A stretch of DNA of 63,947 bases, filler included, from Welwitschia mirabilis (lineage: Eukaryota): NCBI GenBank assembly GCA_051453625.1. It is 4 parts of one record of this genome, joined end to end, with 100 filler letters (N's around TTAATTAATTAA, not from the genome) between each part and the next. Parts side by side here need not be neighbours in the genome. Positions count along the whole stretch, not along the records: positions 21,280 to 45,368 come from JBOZIK010000001.1; 3 more parts are not named here. One strand, 5' to 3'. Below, in pieces: positions 25,917-39,017 of the stretch. Under the pieces are notes generated by a model. The model worked only from the letters and a program-made list of their open reading frames with translations, ran no database searches and was not told the DNA's origin. Numbering within the stretch: position 1 is the first letter of the stretch; each line of letters opens with the position of its first letter. The position numbers and the translations under genes were made by a program.

Positions 25917-25917
<1 letters not shown>

Positions 25918-25968
<51 letters not shown>
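25918..25968. repeat. (TA)n microsatellite
   Basis: Pure TA run. Confidence 0.98.
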
Positions 25969-25970
<2 letters not shown>

Positions 25971-28061
25971 TGCTTAATTAGGGTAAGAGAAGAGAGGGTG
26001 TCACATGTCAAATGTATCAACATTAAGTATGGCATTAATTTTTTCCTTTTCATTTGATATTAAAATTTAATGAAGGTATGATTTGATTAACTAAAAGATT
26101 ATATAATAAGATAATTTTTTAATTTCCATCTATGCATGTCTTAGATATATCTCTCTATAGGACTTTAAGCTTTATGCCTTAGATGCAGGAAGACAGAGCT
26201 CTTTAGAAACTATAGAAATAATTCCTTTAAGTTAAAGTACAAAGACATGCTGAGATAGGGGTTTATGAGATTGAAATAAGATGAACATGTTTAAGGTACA
26301 AAAGAAAGGGAACTATTCTTATTATGAAAAATAAGAAATACCCCCAAATATTTATGTTCATCACATTTTTCTTTAACATCTTTTCTAAGCCATTTTTAAT
26401 AATAATCTATTACCATTACATAGGAGGGATTATTTTAAGAGGGTTTATGTGGATACTTGTGTTAAAGCCAAAACATATAATACTGAATATCAAAAGGAGG
26501 AGGAATTTTCTAATGGATAATCATAATGCTAATAATCAATAATAATAAATATTAACTCTTAGAATATGAGCAATGTAAAAGATTATTTATTGCTTGAGAT
26601 AGTAAAATGTCTATAAAGTTAGTTGTTGAGAGACTAAAACATTACTTCTATAGTGGTTAAATCTATTTCTTATAAGCATAAATATTAGGAAAAAATATGT
26701 AGTCAAATCATGTCTAATATGTACCTCAATAATGGTAGAATCAGTGTTGACCAAATGAAATGAAAATGCTTTAGACATTTCAAAACATTAACATAAGGCC
26801 TTGAAGTTTATTCATAGTAGTTAACACATTAGTTGATAAAGGAATGAGATGGAGGTTCCTTATCATAAAATATAAAAGGCGTTAAATCACCAATGATGAC
26901 TACCTAATCCATTATAAGATCTTTGTTATTGAGGAAATCATTAAATAAGAATCAAATAGCTTATGAAGTCTAACTAAATAAATTAAACATATGATAGCCT
27001 ATGAAGCCAATTAAATAAATTTAATGGTACTCTTAAAAGATAGGTTATGCTTTAGTAATGTTAGTAACTACTACTCTTGTTGACACTCATAGAGGTTGGA
27101 ATAAAGGAGGATCGATTATGCTTTAGTAATGGCAGTAATGACTACTCTTATTGAGGCTCATAAAGACTAGAACATAGAAGCTATAAGATGAATAGAGATA
27201 GAGATAAAAGGAAGAATAGAAGCATTGGATATAATCTATAATAACCTATGAAAACCTAGTATAAAATGGCCATCTAAAACCCTTTTGCATTCCTAGAGAA
27301 ATCCTTGGACAACATAGGAAATCTAACATATAGTAATTTTGGCTCTAGATTAGAGAGCTTTCAATATATAGTTACAACTGTAGATGTGAAAATAATGATG
27401 TTAAAATATGTGGTTTTTTTTACCAAAAATTAGTAACAAGTAAATAGAGCAACCAAAACTATACCAAAGACTATAAAAATAAGTTAAAAATTTTTGTAAA
27501 TAGTAAAGATAATCTATAAACAAATCTAAACAAAGTCTAAAACATGTTTACAATTAAAAAAGCATGCATAGGCATGCACAGGGACATGAAAGATCCCTAA
27601 GAGATTCAAAAGTACCAATTATAGAAACTTGTAAACTAAGAAAATGAGAAAAATAGTAAGATAAGTTTTAAATATAGATTTTATTTTTTTTACCTTTCAT
27701 ACAATAAAGTTTTATTTTATAGGAAATCACATCTATCTAGGTTTTCATTAGAATTTTCATTTTCTACCACAATGTGAGTTATTATGTCTTAGCACACATA
27801 TGATAAAGAGGTTTTAATACATTATAATCCTTTATTTCCTTCATAAATATTTCATGTTATCTATTAATTTTTCTTAGGATTGCTTATTATAAAGTTTTTT
27901 CCTCACTTGATTTAATCTTCTTGTATGATATTAGTTTTTAATTTGTATTAATAGGTTTTCTAGGTCTAAATTCTATTATAGAAAATCATGGGTTTTACAA
28001 ATTAGATTTAAATTAAGATGATAATCCATGTTTATCATCCTTATTTTCATTCTCCTTACTC

Positions 28062-29338
28062 TATCTATTTGAGACCAAGCTTTTACAAATAAAAACTAGG
28101 ATCTTCGTCATAGAAAGATCTTAGTGTCATTCTCTTCTTATGGATAATTATGAAACAAATATAGTAAAATGATGCATACTTATAAACTAGCAAAGATTAT
28201 TTAATCAAACATTTAAGGGCAAGAACAAAAATATAAGAAAATGATTTTCATGATTAGAGACTGAAGTTAGAAATGTATGTAGCTTTCAAAATCTAGCATG
28301 AACATAATAGTGATAGTAAGAATTCTTGAAATGAAAATAAATATACTCTATGATTAAATAAAAAATATTAAGTTTAATCAATTCTAGAGCATGGTAACAT
28401 AATCTCATTTATCCTATGAATGGTGGTAAAAGCCTCAAGTTATCTTAACTTTCATAGCATATTTATATAAGAATGGAAAGTAGAATGTAATTTATAAAGA
28501 CCACTAAACATTGTATGGACTATAAAGTAGGATGTAAAGATGAAAATGTCACTCAAAAATAATATAAAGGCCAACATATTTTAGTATAATAAGAAGCATA
28601 ATAAGTATGTTAAACATCCACACTTCTAACAAAGATATTACACCAAATATTAGCTACTCTCTTTTCCACTTATCAAAAGCATGAAAAGTTTGTCAAAAGC
28701 TACACTTAAGATTAAGAAAATAAACTAAAGCATAATATTATATTAATGAAATAGAGCAAAACTACATTGTATAAGCAAAAAACATCAAGATATAACTAAA
28801 ATGTCATGCTATCTTGAAGAGCTAGCACATCTTAAGTGAAAGATTTAGAAGATAAACATGAAAAGCATCTACCTTAGTGTGAAGTATAACATATTTTATT
28901 TAAATATTTTAACAAATATTCTTACAAATGAGGCATTAAGATTAGAATTTAGACATTTAGGATTTTATGCTAAAAATCAATCATTTTGGTAGATAATGGT
29001 AGTTTTTAGTGTTGTAAATGACTAAGCCATAACTAGAAATCAATTAATTTTCCTTGGAAACTTAAGAATGTAAGTTTGGAATTAGTCCTCTTAAATTAAC
29101 TAGTACCACTATATAAGTAACTTATGCTATTGACATTTTGTGTAGGAACACATTTATCTTTAAGCTCCAAAATGTAGTTAAAATCCTAAAAAATTCATGG
29201 GAAAATGTATAAGTTTAAGGATATCATTAGAAAATATAGAAGAAATGTTTTTATGATTAAAATAGTTAATCTAATATCTTCATGATGATAAACTATCCTA
29301 ATTTACTTGAAATAAATGCCAATTTTTATGTGTTATCA
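28062..29338 (-). mobile_element. Athila-type solo LTR with 5-bp TSD TACTC
   Basis: Homologous end to end with the LTR at 33276-34468. Begins TGATAAC on the minus strand. TACTC at 28057-28061 and 29339-29343. Confidence 0.8.
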
Positions 29339-32300
29339 TACTCCTTAATAAACTTTTTCTAATCTCTTAACAGAAAAGCTGATAAAGAATGACTAACATG
29401 AAAAACTTTATAAGTAAAAGCATTCAANNNNNNNNNNNNNNNNNNNNNNNNNNNNNNNNNNNNNNNNNNNNNNNNNNNNNNNNNNNNNNNNNNNNNNNNN
29501 NNNNNNNNNNNNNNNNNNNNNNNNNNNNNNNNNNNNNNNNNNNNNNNNNNNNNNNNNNNNNNNNNNNNNNNNNNNNNNNNNNNNNNNNNNNNNNNNNNNN
29601 NNNNNNNNNNNNNNNNNNNNNNNNNNNNNNNNNNNNNNNNNNNNNNNNNNNNNNNNNNNNNNNNNNNNNNNNNNNNNNNNNNNNNNNNNNNNNNNNNNNN
29701 NNNNNNNNNNNNNNNNNNNNNNNNNGAAGTAGAAGGCAGTTCTATAATAAATTTCTAAGTGATGAGGTTATACAAATGATTGTTGTAGATGAAAGGGATA
29801 GAAAGAAATAAAAGATAAAACATTAAGAGAAATAAGAGGTGTAAATAACAAAAAAGTAAATTTGAAGATGCTAGAATAACTCATAAAAAAGGATATTGCA
29901 TTATAAAAAATATTAATGTATGTTTAAGTATGCTTTCTCATAAAGATAAAAAACTGAATGCATGTAGTATGAGATGGTGGAATGAATGGAAACGAGGTAA
30001 AAAATGCAACTGACATTTTATTATGCATGCTATAAATAAAAGAGTATAAAATTAGAGTAGTGACCTAGAAAAAAATTATTTTATTATGGATTTAAGTCAA
30101 AACAAGGTAAGGAATTGATAAAGTACATTCATGCTAATTAACAGTAGTAAAAAGATATTAAATAAAAAATTTTAAAATAATACAATCACAAAGAAGTCTC
30201 CAATCCCACCTTAATTTCTTTTTAGTCACTTTTACAATCATGACTACCTTTGTTTTAAGTACTTAATCTTATTAAGCATCTAGTGTTATGGCATTTTATT
30301 CAAATAGAGTTAAGCATGTTATGTATTATGAATTTAGTGTTTTATTACTAGTAAGTGTTTATAACCATGATGTAGTTAAACATGCTAGAATAATATCATT
30401 AAAGTTTCATTACCAGTAAGTGTCCATAGCCCTATTATAATTAACTAAATATGTAAAGATAGTCAAAAATAAAAATGTTCTGTTAGAGAAAATTTTATTT
30501 TTCTTTTAATTCTCCTTCTCATATTCATCATTTTTATATGCACATGGGAGGATTTGTTGGATCATTAACATAATAAAAAAAGTAACCTTATCCCCATAAA
30601 TGCTTGAAAGGAAGACACATCATGAAAGTAGAAAAATCACCTTTTCTTTGCTTGATTCTAAATTAGAGACATCAAACGAATGTAAGCATTAACAAAATAA
30701 CTCAAAGATAAAGATGACATTCTATAAAAGTAAGGATTCACCTAATCTCAACCAAAACCATAAAATGTCAAAGATCTCTTATTTTTATTTATGTGAAAAA
30801 ACCACTACCTAGGATTATTAAGTCTTATAAACTTATAGTATAATGATTGAGGTGGGTGTTATATGAGCCTTATCAAGTAATGCCAAGTTGGAAGAGGTGG
30901 ATGATATGGTTTAAGATAGTAATGTCCTATTCTATGGTATGAATGAAATTTTAGATTACCCAGTTGAAATTGTTTAAGAAAATAATTATACAAATGGATG
31001 TTCCTGAATGGTTCCATAAGAAATACATCATTAGCTAATATTAGTTTCATTGTGAATGGACCTATCCATTCTAATTCCAAGCTTTAAAAAATTTAAAAAA
31101 GAAAAAACATATTCTAAAACTATGTAATAAAAATAAAAATTTCTCATAATAGAATTTTACAAGGTGATGTATAGAAGGTGGCCTAAGAGTGTGAAAGCAA
31201 AGGTTGAGGAATGGGTCATAATTAAGGAGTAAATCTATATATATTTTTATACATGAATCCATAAAATTAGAAAGAAGATTAGTAAAAGTAGTAAAGTTTA
31301 TGAATTCAAAGTTTGTACTAGTCCATCCTTTAGATTACTTATGCTTTTTCAACTAGTTTTATAAGACATCATCTTAAGGAGAAGACAAAAATAAGTTGAA
31401 AACCAATAAATAAGGTAAATGTTAATTAAAAGAATCATGCTTAAAATCTTCATTAGAAGGTGGTATTAATTCTAATCAATTTTTATCTTTGTAATTACAA
31501 TCTGAATTTTACTAAAAGAAAAAAAATGATATAGAAATCATTTGCTTATAAGACTATAGAGAAGAAGGCAAAGGTTCTGCATATGATGGATCATGTATGG
31601 GTTCTTGTTTAATGTTAACTTATTCAAAAGGGATATTAAATAATTCATGCTCTCATATGTAACTCTTCTCAAGGTCCTCATTAGTTTTATTCTCATTTCT
31701 AAATGGTATGATTTGGGTATTATTAATTTTCCTATCATTAATCTCNNNNNNNNNNNNNNNNNNNNNNNNNNNNNNNNNNNNCCTCTTCATGTTAATTAAG
31801 TGTACTAAATATTTCGTAACCTAGTTTAACTATTGTATGTTTTGCTTAATCCTTTGATTTATTTACATTTGGACTTCTATGAATCTTGTAAGGATATCTT
31901 TTAAGGAATTTAAAGAGAATTGTTAAGTGGTAGAAGGGGTTTGTGCAGCATCTCCTAGGAATCTCTATAGGGTATATTACAAGGAATCTAAAGTACAATA
32001 ATGGATATCATAGGAAGAAGTATTTTACTAAAAATATGAATGATATAAGAAAGAAGATGAATTGTATTATTAAACAATGAATAATATAAAAGGACAGATA
32101 AAGCATATTAATGAAGGATAAGGATTAAAAGGTAAATGAACTTGATAAGATGATAAGAATAAGTATTAGAAGGGATAGTGAAAAAGATAGAATCAAACTC
32201 CTTAAATGGGAAGTAAGGCTTTTTAAACTCATGGTGAGGAAGTTTGATTTATATATGAAGGAGGATCTAATAATTCACATTGAAGATAATTCCTTATATT

Positions 32301-33254
32301 TTTCTTAGTTTGAAGATAATATTCTATAGTTTGTTTAGGTTAAACATAACTAGAAAAATTGTGGGAATATTTATAGCTGTAATAAATCTATGTGCTTGAA
32401 ATGTAAGAATTCATTTGGAGTTTAGAAAATGTTTTATGTAATCTACCAAAAGGATTACATCTATAATACATGTAAAGTTTTAGACAATAGTTTATAAAAT
32501 CCACTATCAGGATCACATTTTCATAAATCACTAAGGCTTTAGAAGGGGCCTAATATTAGACAAAGTTTAAAGGATTCAAAGGTCTATGTAAAGTTTAGGT
32601 ATGATCTAATAAAAAAGGTTGGTAGCACCACTGAGGTATATAGGTGGCACCATTTTTTTGAGATGAAATGATTTAAAAATGAAATGATGTTACATTCATA
32701 GCTGTATAAATTGATTCATATATTAGGCAGTAAAAAATAAATAATAGAAAGTGAAAATAATAGAGTTTGAATTAAAAGAAAATCCTATGAAAATCCTAGG
32801 AAAAATAACATTACAAAAAGAAAAATGAGAAGTCTAATCTAGAATACATAGTACTAAAATTGAGAAATATACTATAATAAAAAGTGTAGGAAGATGAAAA
32901 AAGAGGAAATAGGATTTTTTTATGTTTCCATTATTCTCAATATCTCTAGTTTTTTCCATTTTTCATGGTTGTTCCCTTAGTTCAAGAGAAATCAGGTAGA
33001 AAAACCTATAAAATTAGATTAGTTCTATACATAAATAAATTAATATATCACTAGAAAGGATTAATATTTGCCATTTAAAAGTATATAAACTAAAAAAAAT
33101 GCAAAAACCTAAAATAAAAATTAGATGAGTTTAGGTAACCTTATAAATGAACTAGTACCTACCACTATAGAATGCACCAACTGAAAATACTAAACTCTAA
33201 GATGCAAGGAAAAAAAAAATAAAGCATGCTCACTTTGAATCTACCATGCCATTA

Positions 33255-34468
33255 TCCTTGGTAATAATGCCAAAATGTTATTTGAGGCTAAGATTTTACA
33301 AATAACAAATAGGTCCTTCATTATAGAAAGATCCTAGTATCATTTTCTTCTCGAGGATAATTGTGGCATAAATATGGTAAAATGATGCATACCTCTAAAC
33401 TAGTAAAAATAACTTAAGAAAACATTCAAGGGAAAGAATAAAAATAGAAGAAAATGTTTCTTACAATAAGAGACTAAAGCTAGAAATAAGTGTAGCTTTT
33501 AGAATCTAGCATGAATATAATAATAATAGAAAGAGTGTCTATAATGAAAATACATCTCATTTATTATTAAATAAAAAATGTTAAGCTTCATCAATGCTTG
33601 AGCATAGTGAATGGTGGTGAAGACCTTAAGTTATCTTAGCTTTCATAGCATACGTACATCAGCATGGAAAGTCGGATATAATCCCTAAAGACCANNNNNN
33701 NNNNNNNNNNNNNNNNNNNNNNNNNNNNNNNNNNNNNNNNNNNNNNNNNNNNNNNNNNNNNNNNNNNNNNNNNNNNNNNNNNNNNNNNNNNNNNCATACG
33801 TACATCAGCATGGAAAGTAGGATATAATCCCTAAAGACCATAATACATTATTGTAAACTATGGACTAAGATGTACAAATGAAAAAATCACTTAAAAATAA
33901 TATAAATTTAACATATTTTATTACAACAAGAAGCATAACGAGTAAGTGAAACATCCACACTTGCCACTAAAACTATTGTGCTAAAGATCAACCTATGTTT
34001 CTTTAACTTATTCAAAGCATAAAAGTATGTTGCAAGTCATATTTAACATTGAGATATTAAATCAAAGAATAATAACATTTTATTGATGAAATAAATAAAA
34101 ATACATTACATGAATAGAAAACATCAAGCTATAATTAAAATATCATGCTAGCCTTAAGGCTTAGCCCATTCTAAGTGAAATATATATAAGATAGACACAA
34201 AAGTATCTGCCTCCTCATGTAGTGCAATGTAGTCCATCTAAAGATTATCAAAAAGTTTCTTACAAATGAGGAACACCTTCATCTTCTAGCATAAGCTCTA
34301 GAATGCAACTAAAAACATGAAAAAAGTCACAGGGAAACATATAAGTTTAGGGATGACATTAAAAAATGAAGAAATGTTTTTTATGATTAAAATAGTTAAT
34401 CTAAAATATTCACTATGATAAATTAGCTTGATATAATTGAGATAAATGTCAATTTTTGCATGTTATTA
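33255..34468 (-). mobile_element. Athila-type 5' LTR with degenerate PBS
   Basis: LTR at 33276-34468. On the minus strand it is followed by TTTTGGCATTATTACCAAGGA, a transition-decayed TTTTGGCGYCGTTGCCGGGGA. Confidence 0.75.
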
Positions 34469-35659
34469 GTATAATCTAATTTCATACCTACTTCTTTAAT
34501 TTTTGAACTATTTATTTTATCATTGTTATTTTTATTTAGTATAAATTTTTATAAATCATTCTACTTATGTTTTTTTCAATTTTTGTATTGATAAGATTAG
34601 GTTTTGACTTATTCATAAATTTAAATTTTTTATTTTTTATTTTCATAGATGGATCTTTATTGACATCTAACCATTCTATAGAACCATTATACCATGGACA
34701 ATTAGTAGGTTTAGGATAATTTTTGTAATACTATTCACATAATTTAGATTCCTTATCTTTAATAACATACTTTATTTTTTATTTAATTCATTGNNNNNNN
34801 NNNNNNNNNNNNNNNNNNNNNNNNNNNNNNNNNNNNNNNNNNNNNNNNNNNNNNNNNNNNNNNNNNNNNNNNNNNNNNNNNNNNNNNNNNNNNNNNNNNN
34901 NNTCTAATCTTAACTTATTTTATATCAAGATATGAGATAACATCTCTAATGGTAAAAATATTTTGATTTTTAATGCATTCTCTACTTAATAAATCCATAT
35001 TCTCTATAGTTTACCTGTTAAATCCTCTAAGGAATGCTATTGTTCTTTCCCTTACATCTATTCTATTATTAGGATATCTTTGTAATATAATAGTATAAAT
35101 ATCATAGAATTCATCAAATTTTTTCATATGAACCCTATTTAATGCTTCTTGTTTCATCCCTTAAATCTTTTAAAACACTTAAATATTGATATTTTTCCTA
35201 AAAATAACTTTAATATTATTCCTACTTCTAATGTTCTATTTTGGAATTCCTTGATACTAAAGCATTTCATCTATTTTTAGTAAAGAGTAAAAGTATTTTT
35301 TACTATTAATTTCTAAAATAGTTGGCTTTACTAAAAGAGTTAAATAAAATAAGATGTAATGTTGAGTTTTTTATCCTAAAATGTTAGCATTAGAGTGATA
35401 TCAGTGTCTCTTATTTTCTCAGAGGGAAAAAATACTCTTTCATCTATAGGACTAAATTTCATAGATTTAATTAGATGATCCATTGGCAATGCAACTAAAA
35501 TTCCATAATTTTCTTAATTATCATGTTTGCACTAAAAATTTTGAGACACAAATTGGAAACAAATTTAAGAGCATAAAAACAAGTACATTTTTATTTCATT
35601 AAACTAAGTAGTACAAAGTAAAAGTACTTATTAATAGCAAACTACATCTAAAAGTATAA

Positions 35660-36446
35660 TAAAAATATAACTAATTCTCCTCCTTTTAACATAAATGAAA
35701 AAGAAGAGAAAAATACACTTAATCAAAAGTAGAGAATAAACATAATCATATGAAAAGATGTGATTAGATTTCTCCTCTTCTTCTTATTCTTCAAAATATT
35801 CTTTCTCTTCTTCACCTATTGTTCTTGCTAAGATAGTCGCTTTTACTAAAGTGTTAGCAATGTTATACCTAGCTACAATGAGGGCTTCCTTAATATGTTT
35901 GATATGATATTCAATCCATCTCAGACATGGAAGAGTCTCATCAGGAGAGGCTTTCTTAGGAGAGGATGATTTTGAAGATTTTTTAGAAGGGATAAATATG
36001 TGCATGTAAGATAACATCGCACACCTAATGGATGTTATAGGTTGAAGAGCTTCAAGCTTAATATGAAAAGGCACATGAAAATAATGACACAAATTAGTGA
36101 TTAGAATAGAGTAGGGTAAGGACCTAGTCCTATGGTAATCTAACTGAGAGATTAAATTTTTCAGTATGATGGTAAGGGCATCAATGTAGTGCTTAGTTTC
36201 TACCAAATACATCAAATATGCTCTATAGTTAGAGAACTCATCACGATGGCCCACAAAAAGAAGAAAATTATAAGTAAAGATCTAATGAAGGAAATAGTAT
36301 TTGGAAGTAAGCAAGGAAGTGGAAATGGTATGTTCCATGAATGTGAATTACCACAAATTTCTCTTATGGCTATTGGCTTATCTTCCATAGAGTTACCAAG
36401 AGGCCATAAATCTTCATAATATCCTATGTGTAGATCAGTAAGATTN
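35660..36446 (-). pseudogene. Sirevirus env-like ORF fragment with downstream PPT-like tract
   Basis: ORF 36254-35784 contains SLPYSILITNLCHYFHVP, resembling the ORF at ~8680. AAAAGGAGGAGAA on the minus strand at ~35675-35687. Confidence 0.7.
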
Positions 36447-36739
36447 NNNNNNNNNNNNNNNNNNNNNNNNNNNNNNNNNNNNNNNNNNNNNNNNNNNNNN
36501 NNNNNNNNNNNNNNNNNNNNNNNNNNNNNNNNNNNNNNNNNNNNNNNNNNNNNNNNNNNNNNNNNNNNNNNNNNNNNNNNNNNNNNNNNNNNNNNNNNNN
36601 NNNNNNNNNNNNNNNNNNNNNNNNNNNNNNNNNNNNNNNNNNNNNNNNNNNNNNNNNNNNNNNNNNNNNNNNNNNNNGACAAACTTAAGTAGTGTTATCC
36701 TTCAAAGAGTAATGTATTTAAGTTCATTAGTATCATCAT

Positions 36740-37170
36740 TGTTAGATTATGTTTTGCCAATTAATGTCAAACTAATTCTTTTTTTATAGAAAATTTTGTG
36801 TATCTTGCGTAAAAGATGTTAATTACTTAAAGGTTGAAAGATGAAATCAAAACCATAAAATTTTAAGAACTAGAAACCTATTAATTCTTTTACCCTCTTG
36901 AGGGGTTGACCAGATTTTCAAGGAATAGTCTGCAGNNNNNGCACATAAACAAAATGAATTACATCCAAAGGGGTTGACTAGATTTTTAATGGGATTGACT
37001 AGACCTGTAACCTCAAGAACTAGTGTCCCTAAACTGAATGGTAAGGAGTCAACTAGATTTAAGGATCTGATAAACAATATCCTTAGACTAAATAATAAGG
37101 AGTTGACTATCCATGTGATGGGATCGACTGAATCTGTGAATCAAGGAATAGTACTTTTGAACTGATTGTG
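36740..37170 (+). repeat. 5' fragment of a Sirevirus LTR (second family)
   Basis: Starts TGTTAGATTATG. Diverged copy of 37306-37760. No PPT upstream. Confidence 0.75.
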
Positions 37171-38440
37171 NNNNNNNNNNNNNNNNNNNNNNNNNNNNNN
37201 NNNNNNNNNNNNNNNNNNNNNNNNNNNNNNNNNNNNNNNNNNNNNNNNNNNNNNNNNNNNNNNNNNNNNNAGGTAGTGTTTGTTATCAATTTCAAGAGGG
37301 GAGATTGTTGGATTATGTTTTACCAATTATTGTCAAACGAATATTTTCTATACAGCAAATTTTGTGTATTTTATGTAAAAGATGTTAAATTACTTGTAGG
37401 TCAAAAGATGGAACTAATGATTAACTTCTAAGTTTCAAAACCTGTTAGTTCATTTACCCTCAAGATGGGATTGACCAGATTTTGAAGGAGTCGACCACAC
37501 CTGAAGCAAACAAAAAAAGGAACTGCATCCAGAGGGGTCGACTAGATTTTGATGGGGTTGACCAGATTTTGATGGGGTCGACTAGACCTGTAACCTCAAA
37601 AACTAGTGTCCTTGTATCGAATGGAAAGGGGTCAACTAGACTTGTATAGGGTTGACTAGATTTGAGGACTTGAGAAATAATACTCTCAGACTAAATGATA
37701 AGGGTCGACTAAACCTATGATGGGGTTAACTAGATCTGAGCACTATGCAGCTGATACATCTGAACTAATCATCATGGGGTCAATCAAATACCTAAAGGAA
37801 TTGATTAAAATCAATACAGAAAACTCAAAAGATTTTTTATCAGAGGAGCGAGCGACCAAATAAATAGTGGATGACCAGACTGGGGTCAACTAGACCTAGA
37901 TGAGGTCAACTGGATATGAAGCCATAAGAAATTGGGACAATCAAATATTTCATTTAGGTGACTTGTGTAAGTTATAGTACCAGATGGAATCAACTAAACT
38001 TTTAAGGGATCAGCTAGACAGAATTGAACCAAAATTTTCTAGTTGTTATGTCTTCATTATGTATCTATTAGATAGTCATTTTTTAGTTATTTATAGCCAT
38101 TATAAGTTCATTTCAAATATAATAAACCCTAAAAGACTTCCAATATAAATAGCTAAGAGAGAGATGACTATAGAATCCTTTGAAATTATTTTTTAATTGT
38201 GTTAACCTATTGGATATAAAGAACTAGCATTATAATCTTGTGATATTCACTATGGTACATTGACATCTGTACTTATGATTAAGGAAGATATACCATCTAT
38301 ATCATCTCTACATTCAAGGTCAGATCATATGCTTTATCTATTGCATGTATACAAGAGAATAGCTAGATCAAATCCACTATATCAAGAACAAGTGATATTC
38401 ATGCATGTTTGGCATCATTGCATCATTACTTTGTACTATA

Positions 38441-38540
38441 AAAGGTTCAGACTAAGCCTTGAAAATTCTGTTTAAAGGTTAAGACTAAGTTTTGAAAAGT
38501 CCATTAAAAGGTTAAGACTAAGCTTGGAAAAGTCCATTTG
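38441..38540 (+). repeat. Three tandem ~33-bp units inside the LTR
   Basis: AAAGGTT(C/A)AGACTAAG..T.GAAAA.TC repeated three times. Confidence 0.8.
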
Positions 38541-39017
38541 TAAACGTTATAGGTGAACTTGAAATACCTAATAAAGTAATGAAGATTCGAATCAAGCTTG
38601 AGTATAAGCTAATAATCAAGAGTGGAGTAGAGGATTTTCCAAACCACTACAAATCCTGCATGCATCTATTTGGTACTTTTGTGCTTTTATNNNNNNNNNN
38701 NNNNNNNNNNNNNNNNNNNNNNNNNNNNNNNNNNNNNNNNNNNNNNNNNNNNNNNNNNNNNNNNNNNNNNNNNNNNNNNNNNNNNNNNNNNNNNNNNNNN
38801 NNNNNNNNNNNNNNNNNNNNNNNNNNNNNNNNNNNNNNNNNNNNNNNNNNNNNNNNNNNNNNNNNNNNNNNNNNNNNNNNNNNNNNNNNNNNNNNNNNNN
38901 NNNNNNNNNNNNNNNNNNNNNNNNNNNNNNNNNNNNNNNNNNNNNNNNNNNNNNNNNNNNNNNNNNNNNNNNNNNNNNNNNNNNNNNNNNNNNNNNNNNN
39001 NNNNNNNNNNNNNNNNN

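Noticed and set aside
22250-26004. Possible Tekay/Del-type solo LTR ending GGGTGTCACA
   Set aside because: The 3' end and some internal motifs fit, but I found no matching 5' terminus or TSD.
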